64,000 nt of DNA from Moniliella sp. 'wahieum' (GCA_003971905.1 RSEE01000021.1:186001-250000); one strand, 5' to 3'; shown: positions 1 through 12,533, numbered from the stretch's first letter. Notes: generated from the letters alone by a model not told the origin. Program-made: numbers and translations.

Positions 1-774
1 AGGATACCAGTAGCCAGGTAAACGGGGCGACGACCGATAAACTCAGAAAGGGGAGCGAAAAGCATGGGTCCAAACCCAAAGCCAGCAACGAAGAGAGTAA
101 TAGAGAGGTTGGACGATACCCTGGCCACGTGCAAATTGGCAGCAGCACCCTCAAGGTCGCCAGTGGGCATGGAAGACCCAATGGCCATGCAAAAGCACAG
201 TGCCGATGTGAAAGAAGTAATTGCCCTGTCAGAGATTGTGTCAGTGTTGGCCGCTGGGTAAAAAGGATGAGAGTAGGATGTGTACGGACCATTTTTTAGG
301 GTGCCGGAAGTTACGAGGGTTGTCAGGATCATTCGGACCAAACTCGACCAGAAAAGGGTCCTGCTTCTCATCCTCAGCTGTACGAGAGACGGCTTGGAGA
401 TCGTATTCATCAACCAGAGCACCCTCGGCGTCATTTACTTCCGGTTCTTCATTGGACAGAGCATCATCGTGCGAGTAAATCCTAGTGGCAGGTTCGGGCA
501 AGTGCGATGTGTCACGCCTTGACACGCGCGAACCGATGGGAGCAGGAGTCATGCCAAAGTCATCGGGCGAGGTGAATGTGGGAGGCTCCAGAGCTCGGTT
601 CTCAAAGGAATGGTCAGCCTGAGGACGAGACTCGCGCATTTCGTTTACTGGTGCATTTTCCGCCTTTTCGTTGACACGATGAGGGTCAGCAGCAGTAGTT
701 GATTCAGAGGCGGAGGTAGCGCTGTTGTTGTCTGCCGTTTCAGCAGACCCAGTATTGCGGCCCACGGAGACCAT
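1..774 (-). CDS. MFS multidrug/polyamine transporter, DHA1 family (5' part; runs off window start)
   Basis: ORF 241..774 ends in the DHA1 pre-TM1 motif VEFGPNDPDNPRNF..KKW. An intron at 226..289 (GTCCGT..CTGAC..CAG) leads to WAITSFTSALCFCMAIGSS...LSITLFVAGFGFGPMLFAP..SEF.GRRPVY. Confidence 0.85.
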
Positions 775-3049
775 GATCGATGGATAAGATGTGGGATCAA
801 TGGATCTCTGGCCTCAAGGCGGGTGCGAATCGCTCGGTTCTCGTTCAACGGCCACGAGTACGTGGCTGGACAATGGGACAAAGGGGGTTGGGCAATCGTG
901 AGAGTAGCGAAAGGAAACGAGAGCAAAGAATGAGCAAAGAGAACCGACGGTTTATATACTGACTGGAAGATGTGTATTGATCGGGCGATATATGAACACC
1001 GTTTATGCAGGTCGCTCTCGACATTGGTTTTCGATGTCTTCTGTATCAAATGTGACGTCACAAATGCGATGCATGACTGGCTGGCGGTTGGGGCACTGGG
1101 CGCGCTGATGCGACAGCAACAGGCAACAGCGCCATCGCCTGCATCAGCACAAGGCGTTACCTGGTGCATGAGACACGGTGCTACGCGTTGTACACATTTG
1201 ATCCATGATTAGATTATGTGGTCCTGTCTTGGCGTCAGCTTCGGGATCTAAGCGTCGCATCTTGCCTGCTTAAATCTTAAAGTTCTCTTGAAGGTTCGGC
1301 TTCAAGGCTGAACTTCAGCCTCAGCTTCCGTCCGCCTCCAGGGTTCCCTCTGCTGTGATTAATGATTGGGCATTATGCACTTGCACATTATGTTGTTTGG
1401 AACGAAGCAGGGCAGCAAGAGTACCTACTGATGATGGAGATGATGAGACCTGTGGACCTCGAGGGTAATGCAATCGCACTGGTGTGGTGGTGGCCTAACC
1501 CAAGTCAGCACCGCCTACAGATGAGGAACATCAAGCAGTCATCATGCATCAGTCGCTGCCATGAGGCCTGGGGTCTATAGGCTGCTGCTGCTAAGGTGAC
1601 GCCGGTGACGGGTGACGGATTGCTTGACATGATGCATGATGTATGATGGGACGTGCGACGGCTTGGGGCCGCGTGTTGCGATGCATGGTGTGTAGTATGG
1701 TGGCGCACCCTGGTCCCTACGGTGGCCAGTGCGTGCGAGCTTCATGGAGCTGATAACTGGATTACTCATTACCCAGTACTCATTGCCTCTGCAGGTATGC
1801 AACTCTCAGAACGAGTTTCTGATGGTCATCCGGTCATCGGTCCTCATCGGTCATTAATCATCGACCACCTAACGTCTAACATCGATCAAAGAAGCCACAG
1901 CTGATGGCCTCATAGATCAGCTGGGACGCCGGCTGTCCGGGTGCCTCCTTTGTATGACCGGATGACCCTGGTCCATCCTGTTTGTCTCGATCGCACGTTG
2001 CTCGGGATGCTCGTGGGACTGCATTATCGAAATCTGAGCTGACTAAGACTTGTCTTGGGCAAAGTGGGTGCCACAGGCTGGGAACCCACTAATACACTTT
2101 TTTTCACTTTTTTCACCGTGTTAGTGTTGTGTATAGTGCTGGTAAACACGCAAAAAGCACGCCAGGGAACCCTCTTGACATTCTCACTGTAGCGAGCCAC
2201 TGCTCTGTGTTGGTATCTAGATTGGAAGGACCCGTGACGCGTGAACGTCGTCGCGAACGTTGAATTTGATTGGCATGTTGACGCCCATATCGGTAGAGAC
2301 TCTCGACGTAGAGTTCAACTCGCCTCAGCGAAAAGCACTCGCTTCCATGCCCGGATGCCTGAAGAGACCCAAGGCCCAAAAGGCCTGATGAAGCCCCTGA
2401 GGGCCCAAGCCTGACGGCGCAGAGGACTGGGGCTCTGAGAGTCTGATCTTGCTGAGGGCCTTTATTAGGACTGAGGCGTCCTCTCCTGTGAAGTATTTGT
2501 TGCCTCTAGCTGAGATGCTGAGGAGATTTATATCGGGCTGAGAAGCTGAGGATGCTGAGGAGCCTCCAACTGGAGGGGTGGCTGGGGGGTTGATCTTCGT
2601 CAGCTGGTCACCGGCGCCGGTTACCGGTGAAGGCCCATGCCCTATATTAGGGCTTAGCGCCTAGAAAGCATCTCGGACAGAGTACGATGAATGGCGGGGC
2701 GTCCGAGAGAGACGATGTATCATGGTGAGTAGTAGTACGGTTATCCTGGTGTGGCCTGTGGTGTGGGGCCTGGTCTGCCCCCCTCATCCGTCCATAGTCT
2801 CCGGTCATGCACATGCATTTTGGTCCTGGGACGCTCGAGTCAAAGGCTGCCTGGCAACGTCCTTTTCACTGATCTCGAGAGAGTCACGTACTCGAGTCAC
2901 TCCATGCGTTGGGGGATCAACTAAGAAACAAAGGGACCAACGAAAATCCTCTGAAGAGAGAAAGAAGAGTCAAGGTTGAAACAGGCTAGGAACCGACCCT
3001 GGGGCGGGGGCAAAAGAGGACAGATGTTGGAAGAGACTTTTGCGGGCCA

Positions 3050-3690
3050 AATTACGACGCCCAAGGTGTGGGAGGAAGAGAATATCGAAGGATGCCCACA
3101 TATTCTCCTGTTTGCTATACTCAGAGGGTTGCTGCGGCTGGCTGTGTACCATATATCAGCACAACACCGCGTACACAGTCCACAGCCCCGGATCGGCATT
3201 GTATCAATCAAGCGTTTACAGGACAATAAGCATTGTGATCCATAATGGACACCGGCGATAATATAATGAGCAAGCCTGTACACATACTCATTGTGGCGAC
3301 AGGTGAGAGCTGAGATCTAGCGTGCTCCAATGGTCCGGATTGTATGAGAAGCCCTCACCAACTGCAGTAATGTTTCCAAGGCTGGTTCAAGCGCACGGGG
3401 TGGGTGTCGTGGGCGTGAACCCTGTGGGCACAGCCGTGGTTGTACACCCAGCTGTGGTGTCTGTGGTTCGCCATGATTGCGGTAGCCACAGCATCGACCA
3501 AAGTATACTCCACCACATTCTGGTCAACATCTGCCGAGAGTAGTATTAGTACACCGTCGGTCCGCTGATCGGGCTCGCTCGTTGTGGGGGCAAGAAAACA
3601 TCTACTTCCGATCCATTGGCACGGAAGAAGTGGTATAGGGATGTCGAAGCGATTAATGGGATCATAGAATGTATTGAACTCGTCCATGAC
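3050..3690 (-). pseudogene. Possible degenerate WSC-domain gene relic
   Basis: Minus-strand peptide YIIAGVHYGSQC (~3230-3265) resembles the WSC core (Y.AGVEYG.EC), with a later ICGHP and an upstream Thr/Pro-rich stretch. Intron-like segments are present (TACTAAT..GGCAG; GTAAAC..GCTGAT..ACAG). No continuous frame can be built. Confidence 0.3.
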
Positions 3691-4180
3691 TGCCTCCTAG
3701 GATGATCGGGCCGTCGCTCACAAGACGGCTGCGCACTAAATATAAGGGGGGATGCGTAGCCAGGAGGCGCAGCCGTGCCAGGCTTCGCAGGAACTGACGG
3801 AGGTGGCCAAACCTGGGGAGTGTTTGGCAGAGTAAGATCCATGCCGATAGGTGTATAGGCACCATGATGTCGACCAACTCACAAAAAAAAGTAACGGCCA
3901 TTTCGCAGCCGTTTCCCGCATTTGCCACCCCCAAGAGATTACATGGATCGATGATCGGTGTCGGTGGTCGCGTCTATCGCATCGGACGTAGACGGGAGAA
4001 TTTCCATTATCACAGCTCACCTAGCGCGATTAGTTAGATGACGCGCCTGCCCTGCCAACTCATCTTTGTTGCCCATATACCCTCCTTGCTTCGGATGAGA
4101 CCCGCATGCAATCACAGTTGTCGTTCTTGTCGCTGCGTGCACAAAGGCTCCACAAGACAACACGACAGAGGAACCCCCCG

Positions 4181-5046
4181 TCAGGATGAGGAGTGGAAAA
4201 AGGAACCAAAAAGGAAAAACAGGATGATCTGTCCAGAGCAGCCGCAGCAATTGTTAGCCAACAAGCCCAACGAAAAAGAAGAAACGAAAGTGAATCCCGC
4301 ATGAAAGCCACTTACCAGCGCGCAGAATACCGCCATGGCCATTACCCGCGTGTTTTTTCCACCACATTTGCCTCCGCAGACCCACAGCGCGGCGGCGGAA
4401 ATGTAAGCTTTGGTTGGCGCTTGGTCGGTGCGGTCCACAAGCGTGTCCAGTCGTTCCCCGCGCGAAAGAACTTGGTCAATGTTGGCCTGCATAACTTCGC
4501 GCGCGCCTCGCAGCTCTGCGCGAGCGGAGGCGGCGGCATCGGCCGAGGGGTTGTTATAGGACTTGAGGAGTCCCGATAGCCACGCAGAGAATGGTGTGTA
4601 CTTTTTGGTGCCATCCTGTCCCGCCGACTTGCCCACCTGCGCCGCTTCGGCAACATCGAACTGCGCTCCAAATTCTTTTTGCATCGCACTCAGCATCGCA
4701 AACGGCACCCGGCGGCCCGAGTCGGCATCGGAGACATTGAGGTAGACCAGGCCGTCTTCGGCAATAAAGTGGAACATCCATGGTTCGTTCGGGATGGCAT
4801 ACGACAGGCGCGACGCGTTTGGGGGGATGCGCGCCAGAATGGTCCCGGCCGCGGTCTGTTTAGGGTGTTAGGTGTTAGCGCACCGCCTGACTGGGCAGCA
4901 GGGGCGGCAGGGCGGCCAGCGGGCCAGATGGCCAGATGGCAAGGAGGGAGAGGGGGACTGCGCACCAAGAAGCGCGCATGCTCTTCGTCGTGGGATTCGA
5001 CGAGAACAGTGGGACCGCTGGCCACGAGCGCAAGGACGATGGGCAT
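4181..5046 (-). CDS. VAMP7: VAMP7-like longin R-SNARE (synaptobrevin family)
   Basis: Longin N-terminus MPIVLALVASGPTVLVE, intron 4856..4965, then MFHFIAEDGLVYLNVSDADSGRRVPFAML. SNARE motif AREVMQANIDQVLSRGERLDTLVDRTDQ. The C-terminal TM is split by a GTAAGT intron. Apparent frameshift(s) near 4400. Confidence 0.9.
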
Positions 5047-5381
5047 GAGGGGCGGTCGGTGGTGGAAGGAGGCAGCTGGCGGGGCGGGCGATCGGCCATG
5101 GCGGATGGACCACGAGGCCTGCGGGCGATGGCGCGCAGTGCTTGCGCCCTGGGGGCCTGCAATGTTCAATTGCGCCCAGCCGGTGTCCCATCTCGTGGGC
5201 GGGAGCTAATCGTAATCGCTAATCAGCGTTCAAATGTTCACCTTGCCAGGCACGCTGCACATTGAACGTTCAGAATGGTCACGTCGCCTGGCCGGCTGCT
5301 GGTGCCTGACAAGTTGGGCCGCTCTGCCTGCCGCTCCTGCCTGTCGCCAACTGCCTGCGGCCCATCGCTGTCCTGGCCGCC

Positions 5382-8300
5382 ATGTCGGGCCTGCTCCAGC
5401 CCGGCGACGGCACCTTCCTCCCGCGCCTCGTCAGCGTCTTCTTCGCCATCTTCCACCCGCAGCACGGGCCCGTGGTGCTGTACGACGTGCCCGAGGGCAG
5501 CGTCGCCGAGACATCCTCTCCGCCCCCCCCGCCCCGCCTCCCGCGTCTACGCCGGCGCGCCCGCCGCCCTCTGCCCGCCGCACCAACCCCCCCGCCCATC
5601 CCGGCGACCTCCGCCATGCCCAGTCCTACTTTGCGCCCGGCGACATTGACCGCGTCTCCAGCCGGCCCGATCCGGCGGCCAGCCTCGTGTACGGCTCTCC
5701 CACCACGCCCCGTCCCCCCTCCGATTCCCAGGGGGACTTGGCATTTTCCCCGCCGCTCCCTACGCCTCGGCAGAACGACCTGGGACCGGCGCCCGATTCC
5801 CTCGCTGGTCTCTCGCCCCCCATGCTGGTGGACCGCAACCCCGAGGCAAGTGTGATCACCATTCGCGCTTCGGCCGGCCAGAGCGCCATGACCATTCGGC
5901 CCTCTCGCTCCAGCAGCAGCCACAGAAACGGCAGGCGCACCAGCCGCCCTGGCCCTCTTGATGTTGGCCTGCAGCACTCGTCCTTGAGTCCCGAACCACA
6001 AGAAGACGAGGATGCCCGCCGGCGCTGATCAAGCCCGCTGTGTGCGTCTGTTTGACTTTAACCTTGTTTCCCACCTCCTCATCCTCTCCCCCACTATGTG
6101 TGGACGCTTGTTATCTGCTGTGCTCCTGCGCTCCCTCCGCCCGAATCGGCCGTCACAGAGCAGGACGAGGAGAAGGAGAAGGATAAGCGCGGACGTGGAC
6201 GGGGTCGGGGTCGTCAATGGAGCCGCTCCCCGTCGCGGGAATCTCTTCTAAGTCGTGACTCGACGCAGTCCTCCTCCGTTACGAGTGGCGCTACGGAGTA
6301 CAAAATTGTATCCCATCCTGTCGCTTTGCAACACGAGAAGTACGAGCGGATGAACTTGGTGTACAATTTGTGCTTTGTCTTTGATGCCGGTGCGAGTACG
6401 ACGGCGTACGAAGGGTGGTACGCAAGTGCGCCAGGGCTCTGCGTGACCTCGAGTTGACGGCGGGGTTCTTAAGCCAGCCCCACAATTGCGGAGAATGCAC
6501 AATGTGTGCGAACAGTTGTATGAAGACCTCAACTCCTACTGCGAGTCCTTTGTCGCCCTTCCGTCTCAGCCTCACACGAATTTTCTCTTGGACGATGGCA
6601 GCACCCCTCGCTTGGCAGTGAATGCCGCCCCGGAAGTCGCCGAGCGTGCCATCAATCGTATCCACCCGTCCCCCAAGCGGGACCGAAAGAAGTATGCTCT
6701 CCCGACTGGTCCTCCGCCAACGCCAACGAAGACACGTTGGAAGCCAAGGTTCTCCTCTCTCTGGGTGACTCGGAGGAAGGAAAGAAGTTGCAGGAGGGAC
6801 TGTTGAGTTTGAACAAGGCCGTTGCCGCGGCCATGGCCGGGGAGGAGCTCGAGACTGACACACAAGCTCTTCCCCAGATTGACCGGAAAGGCCGCGTTCC
6901 GGTTGCCACCAGGAGCTCTTGCCCAAGCGGCGAACCTCCGCATGGGCTTGAAGAACTGTGCAGGAAGCCATCAATGTGAAGCTCTTCCCCCACTTACCCC
7001 AACCCTCCTCCGGCCCAAATGGGACGTCCAGTGGCGCTGCTGAACCTGACCGAACGCATTACAGGTGACTGGGATTTAACCATGTCCAAAGTACGAGGCT
7101 CTCCTCCCCTGTTTTGACTGAGTAGGAAGCGAGAACTGACTTTGCATTGGACTCTCTCTGTAGGTCATTCCCTTTATTGACGGCATCCGTCACGTGCGCC
7201 GCATTGCCCAGCTTGCCGATACCGACTTGGATCTCACCCGCCAATGTATGGAGCACCTGTTGTTTTATGGCTGCATTGTCATGAATGACATTTTCCAGCA
7301 CTCAACATTTACACCGTCCGTCTCTTCTCGCCCGCGAGGGAAGCAAGGACGAGCTGTTTGCCGAATGTGGCCAGTACGTGACGCGGCTATCGTATCCGGT
7401 TGTGGGGCACGCCAAGCTGCTGGAGCTCTTTGCCGCGTTTACGCCAACCAAGACCGTTGCGCAGTGGTGCGATGAACAAAAGGTGGACAGCCTTGGCATT
7501 GACGCTCGTCGGTTTGTCTCGTTTGGTACGCTCAAGGGATTGCTACGTCGGATGCACGGATCCCGGTGGTCTCCTCCTCGGACTTTCCCTTGGACGTGAC
7601 GTTTGAGCAACCGGCCGTGTCTGCGCAGAGCCGGTCTCGTTCCGGTGCGCGCAGCCGCCGAACGGTGTACGATGCCGACATGGACATGCCCAGTCCCGAG
7701 GACTCGCGCCACGTTCCTGCGCCCTTGATCAGTCCACAAGCGGGGCCTGGTGGGGATCCATCTCGGGCAATGGCGGTATGGTTGCCCCGCACCTTCCGGC
7801 CCCCGATCGCGGCCGCACGCGCAGGGGCGTGGCGGGCAAACGTGATCTCCAGCTGATCCGAGAGGAGAGTTGGGCACCGAGTTCGACCCACAGTCGCGAA
7901 GGATCGTACACGACCCAAGACGATTCTCACCATCGTCATCACCATCGCACTCGCCCGCGCTCGCACCACCGCCGGCCTATGGCCAACACGGCAACCGACC
8001 CTGCTTCGCTCGCGTTCCAATCTGCTGCTCAAGCCCAGGCGCTGTCGGAGAAACCGCCGACGACGACCAGCTCGCCTGGCCCGGATTCCCCCAGATTCAA
8101 GGGACCGGGCAGTACATCCCCGTCTCGCAACGGATCCGAGGGGCGAATCCCAGTTCTGGATCGGGCTCTGGGGTGGGCTCCCGACCCAGTTATCCCTCGA
8201 CAGCTACGTTTACCCCGGGCATGTTTGCGCCCCAGTCCTCCCCACAACGCGAGGGGGACAGCATGGACGTGTCGGGCACGCCAGGGCGCAAGGCGGGTAA

Positions 8301-8877
8301 GAGCGCTAGCTCGTTCGGGCTGCAGGTTGGACTGAATGGGCGGTGGGATGGACGGGTAGCTAGCCTGGCCACGTCGGTGCCTGCCGGCTCGCGCGGGGCG
8401 ATGGGCTGGTCGTCCCGTCCCAAGCCCGTTCCCTCTGAACTGCTCACCTTTTTCGACGGCACTCATACCGACGATGCAATTTGTACGCACTTTGCCGTGC
8501 CCTGGGCCGATGTAGAAGGGTGGATTGAAGTGATCAATACCGAGGCGGCCCGCGTGCCCGATCCCAAACCCGATCCCAAACCCGATCCGCCCCCGGACCC
8601 AGGCCTTGCGGGCAGCACCGATCCCGACGCACCCTACATGTCCGCCTTTGTTCTCTCCAACGCCACGGGCGGCGGCGAGGCCAGCGTACCGGCAGCAGCC
8701 ACGGGCGCAGAGCAGGCCGGAGCAGCCACGTCGTCCCCCCCGGACGTACCGAAACCACTTGCAGCAGAACCGCTCGCCCCTCGTACCGCCCACGCTGCGG
8801 CCACAGGAGCTGAGCCGGAACTTGGCGCGGGCTCGGTGCCGGCCCGAGGCAAGGCCATCAAGGTACTCATCATGTAA
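5382..8877 (+). CDS. NPR2: Nitrogen permease regulator 2 (GATOR1/SEACIT subunit)
   Basis: Motifs VFFAIFHPQHGPVVLYDVPEG, LFDF...CGRL, YKIVSHPVALQHEKYERMNLVYNLCFVF, VRKCARALRDLE, CEQLYEDLNSYCES and WDLTMSK|VIPFIDGIRHVRRIAQLADTDLDLTRQCMEHLLFYGCI (intron 7091..7163). Several frameshifts and long low-complexity inserts. Confidence 0.9.
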
Positions 8878-9553
8878 CGAGTAGCAATCCATTTGTTGTA
8901 CCGCTGCACTCAACCGCACGCGCTCGATGACAATCGTCGAGGTAGGGTAGATCAAAGCCAAATCGGGCCTCAGGATTGCTCTCGAGGGGGGGGGGGCGGG
9001 GTCTCCGAACAGAAGGGACGCTGACAGTGCCCGCTAGGTAGTACCCCCTCCCGTCTACCGTGCAACTGGCAAGACAACGCTCCTGGGAACCCCCCCGTGG
9101 CCCCTTGGGCATTCAGTAGTTCGGAACCAGTACTCAGTCTGAATTTTCAGTCCTGCCACGTCTCCTTCTCCGGCTGCATTTGGGGCCTCGTCTTGCTTGA
9201 CCGCGGTGGCAGTGTAACATAATGCGCAAGGCAACAAGATGTGGTCATTCTCCGGGCCCGCTACACAACGCTAGTTGGATGTGGCGGCAGTGGGCCCGGC
9301 AAAACCCATTCATTAATCATTCCCTGGAGATTTTTTTTGGACTGCCAGCCATGGAATCGTAACATGTAACGAGGTCCCAAGAACGTTCCAACGTTCAACG
9401 TCTCCGTTCAACGTTTCGGCGTTCCGTTCGGCACGGCCTGCGATGTGCCTGTGACACGACACGACACGTTCCGCCTGCTACAGTATGCATTCCCACACGC
9501 GCCGTTCGCTCTTCCTCTTTGCGCCTGGACGCGGTACGTGCCTCGCACCAGTC

Positions 9554-9607
9554 CCAGCGTCCAGCGTCCAGCGTCCTGCGTCCAGCGTCCAGCGTCCAGC
9601 GTCCAGC
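9554..9607 (+). repeat. Heptamer tandem repeat (CCAGCGT)x7
   Basis: Direct reading; one variant unit CCTGCGT plus a partial unit. Confidence 0.95.
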
Positions 9608-9790
9608 TGCGAAGCTCGTAAATGTTCGGATGGACTACGTTGCGTTCCACGATCACGCGTCACGCGTCACGTTTCCCCCCCCGGTGGGCCGTACTACCAA
9701 ACTGCGACACCCAAGCTTGGCTTCCTGTGCGTACTGCGTTGCGTTCCTTCTAGAGTAGCTACCACGCGCCACGAATGGAACGTAGGGCCC

Positions 9791-9844
9791 CCAACGTCCA
9801 ACGTCCAACGTCCAACGTCCAACGTCCAACGCCCAACGTCCAAC
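9791..9844 (+). repeat. Heptamer tandem repeat (CCAACGT)x7
   Basis: Direct reading; one variant unit CCAACGC plus a partial unit. Confidence 0.95.
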
Positions 9845-11145
9845 CTAGCGTTCGATGAAACGTGGGAACTCAGGAGAACTGCACCCTGCACCAGCGCAGC
9901 CCGGGGATGCAGGATGGCCCAAGCTCCAACCTGCTCTATCCAACACACTACCGGTTGGGGCCATGCCCCATGCACCATGAGATCTGGCAAGCTGTTTGGT
10001 CGCCCGAGGTTCGTTCGCAGAGCCCAAACGAACGGTCATTAACATTGGGAGAGAGAGCGCGGATCAAGCTCCAAGGATAGTCGATAGCGCCAGAAGAGTG
10101 CTACTTGGTGGCAGACAGGACGGTGTATACAAAACAATCGTACTCAGTACTCAACGTTGAGTGTTCAACGTGTTAGCAACGCATCAAACCAACGAACGCG
10201 AGGTACTAGTTACGCTTCGAGACAGGTGCGGGCCGGACAGGAGCCGACGAGGCAGAGGGCTTGCAGCCGCGGAAAGCAACCAAGGTAGGACCGCACAAGC
10301 ATCTGAACCGAGTGTCGAGCCGCGTGCTTCGGGGCGCCTGGGCGCCGATGCGCGCACAATGCATCACGAGTCAAGGCGCGGCGAGGGGCGGGAAAAGGAG
10401 GGAGAGGTTCAATTCGGAGCCGCCGATCGAGGCCAGTGGCAGCCAGGGCAAAAGAGCGCTGTTGACGTCCACGTGCTCACGGGGGAAGGCAACCGAAACC
10501 GGCACGCAGACCCACTGAGCTGGCGACCGACGACGGAGAGAGTGCACCAGGGTAGAGTGCCTCGTAGTGCTGGCGTCGTAGGATGGGGAAGAGCCCAGGC
10601 CTGTGGGAGAGGCAGGACGCTGGACAATGTGGTGACACACCAAGAGGCAAGAGAAGAGATAACAAGGCTAAATCAAATGAGACGAGAATGGGGTCGTGGT
10701 AGACAACGGGATGGAGCAACAGGGAGAAGAGGGGCAAAGAGTATGTGGTGGTTGAGAGGAGGGAAGAGGGAGGGAGGAGGGAGGAGGAAGGAAGGGGGAG
10801 TGGGTTCACTTGTATCCATCCCAAATGCACAACGCATCAAGGGACGACCCGGAACGCATATCACGCGCCGACAGGGACGCTACGTCGGTTTGCCAAGTTG
10901 TGGGCGAGCGAACCGAGCCTGAGGGCCCCATGCCAGCCTACCTGTCTCATGCCAAAACGGGAGGGAAAGCAGAACAGGATGGAAGTGGAAACAACGAATG
11001 GAACAAGAGCGATGTGGACCAAGGAGAGGCAACGCAGGTAGGCGTGAGTAAAAAAAAACGCTGGGCGAGGGGAGGGGAGAGGATGAAAAAGCAAGAGAAA
11101 AAAAGGAGGGGTATACGCGCAAGTCCAACCCAACTCTGCCCCATT

Positions 11146-12296
11146 TCAACCGGCGGCTGCCACGCCTGGATCGACGCGTTTTTGTTCATTCCTTCGTCGC
11201 GTCACGACAAAGGCGACAATCGCGCCGATGGCCGAATCCATCCGGGGAGCGACCCAGACGAGCCAGTTGATGTGGTTGAGCGACTTGGGTACCACCTCGG
11301 CCAAGATCATGCCCTCGGGCGTACATAAGGACCAAATCCGGCTCACCTTGTGACAGCGCAACACTAGCTCCATCTGGCCCAGCTTGGGACATGGTTGTTC
11401 TCTTTGCCTTCTTGCTGCTCTGCTGCCAGTGTTGGCTGCTCCGTCTTGACCAGGTGTGATGGCGGAAACAAACTTGATCACCATCGTCTCTTCTCCCAAG
11501 GGATCGGTATCCATCAAGCTCACCGTCAACACAGGCTCGCTCTTGCTTGTCCTTTTGCGTTGGAACGCGCCGGGGGGTAGAAGAGCCATTGGCGGGTGTA
11601 GGGGCCGCGGATGACGCAAGATACACTAAACAGGGGCTTGCCCTCGTGGTCATACACATTGCGATAGTCGTCAAACAGTTTGCGGCTGACCGACCAGCGG
11701 AACTGGATCTTGTCGTCATTGTCGATGGCGTGGACCGGGGTGGCAAACAAGCCAACACAATGGATCTTGAACAGCTGCGGCTCATGATGCTCCGTGTACT
11801 GGGGAAGAGGCCAATGGGCATGCCGGGCCGGATCACAAGGCCACCAGTGGTGGGTGGCCAAAGCTGAGTGGCGGGGGCAGGGGCGGGTCGTCGCCCTTGT
11901 GCCAGCGGGCGAGGCGGGACTTGTGGGAGACCATGTCCCAGTCGCGGCTGTGGGTCATGTGTTCCTCGTCAATGAGGCGGAGAAAGCCCTTCTCGACCTC
12001 GCCGGCGCGGTAGCCACTCTCGTACGTCTCGCCCTTGCGGACGATGGGGCTGGGGGGCGGCTGGGCCAGGGGGAGGCCATGGGGGAAGCGGCGGGCGAGA
12101 TGCTGCTCGCGGGTGAGGCCCTCGGGGACGGCGTAGGGGGAGGTGTAGGACTCCTTGAGGCTGCTGGGGGCGGGCAGCGGGCATAGACTTCCCAGAGGTC
12201 GTGGGTGTCGTAGGAGGGGGGGGCGTCGGAGGGGGCGTGGGAGGGGTCGGCAGAGGCGACGGGTTCGAGGGAGACGAGCTCGTCGTCCTTGGCCAT
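11146..12296 (-). CDS. Hypothetical protein, LURP-one/Tubby-C-like beta-barrel domain with Pro-rich N-terminus (PPSY motif)
   Basis: Overlapping ORFs 11955..12383, 11833..12651, 11526..11861 and 11146..11619 join through frameshifts. They give MAKDDEL..APPSY, RNVYDHEGKPLFSV and a C-terminal ILAEV...WLVWVAPRMDSAIGAIVAFV resembling the LURP-one V.PG.D.A motif. Confidence 0.55.
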
Positions 12297-12490
12297 GGGG
12301 GGGGTGGGGTGGGGGTGGTGCTGGTGGGGGTGTGCTGGTGGTGGCGGAAAGAAAAGACAACAGACAGGAGGAGGAATGCACAAGGGGCGGTGGAGAAGGC
12401 AGGCGGGGCGAGGCGCGGGAAATGAGCGATGTGAGACGGGGATTTGTAGTGGCAGGGGTGCAGCGGCTGGGTGGCCAAGTGCGGGTGGCA

Positions 12491-12533
12491 GGTGCTGGCT
12501 GGTGCTGGCTGGTGCTGGCTGGTGCTGGCTGGT
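12491..12533. repeat. Decamer tandem repeat (GGTGCTGGCT)x4
   Basis: Four perfect copies read directly. Confidence 0.95.

Noticed and set aside
2063..2115. Hairpin AGTGGGT..ACCCACT followed by T-runs as a Helitron end or Pol III terminator
   Set aside because: Spacing to CTRR does not fit a Helitron end, and no upstream A/B boxes were seen.
4856..4880. Telomere-like TTAGGG/TTAGGTG stretch
   Set aside because: It is the branch-point/3' end of VAMP7 intron 1 (CTAAC..CAG) and not a tandem telomeric array.
8980..9350. Telomerase RNA, RNase P/MRP or snRNA gene
   Set aside because: No CTAACCCTAA-type template or recognisable conserved boxes were found; only a hairpin and a T-run, which are kept as a low-interest finding.
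9554..9844. Repeat arrays as CRISPR
   Set aside because: Units are 7 bp with no unique spacers, there are no cas genes, and the context is eukaryotic.
10161..10922. 253-aa Arg/Gly-rich ORF, and similar long antisense ORFs (8029..8961, 54100..55137)
   Set aside because: Low-complexity or antisense shadows of real genes in high-GC sequence.
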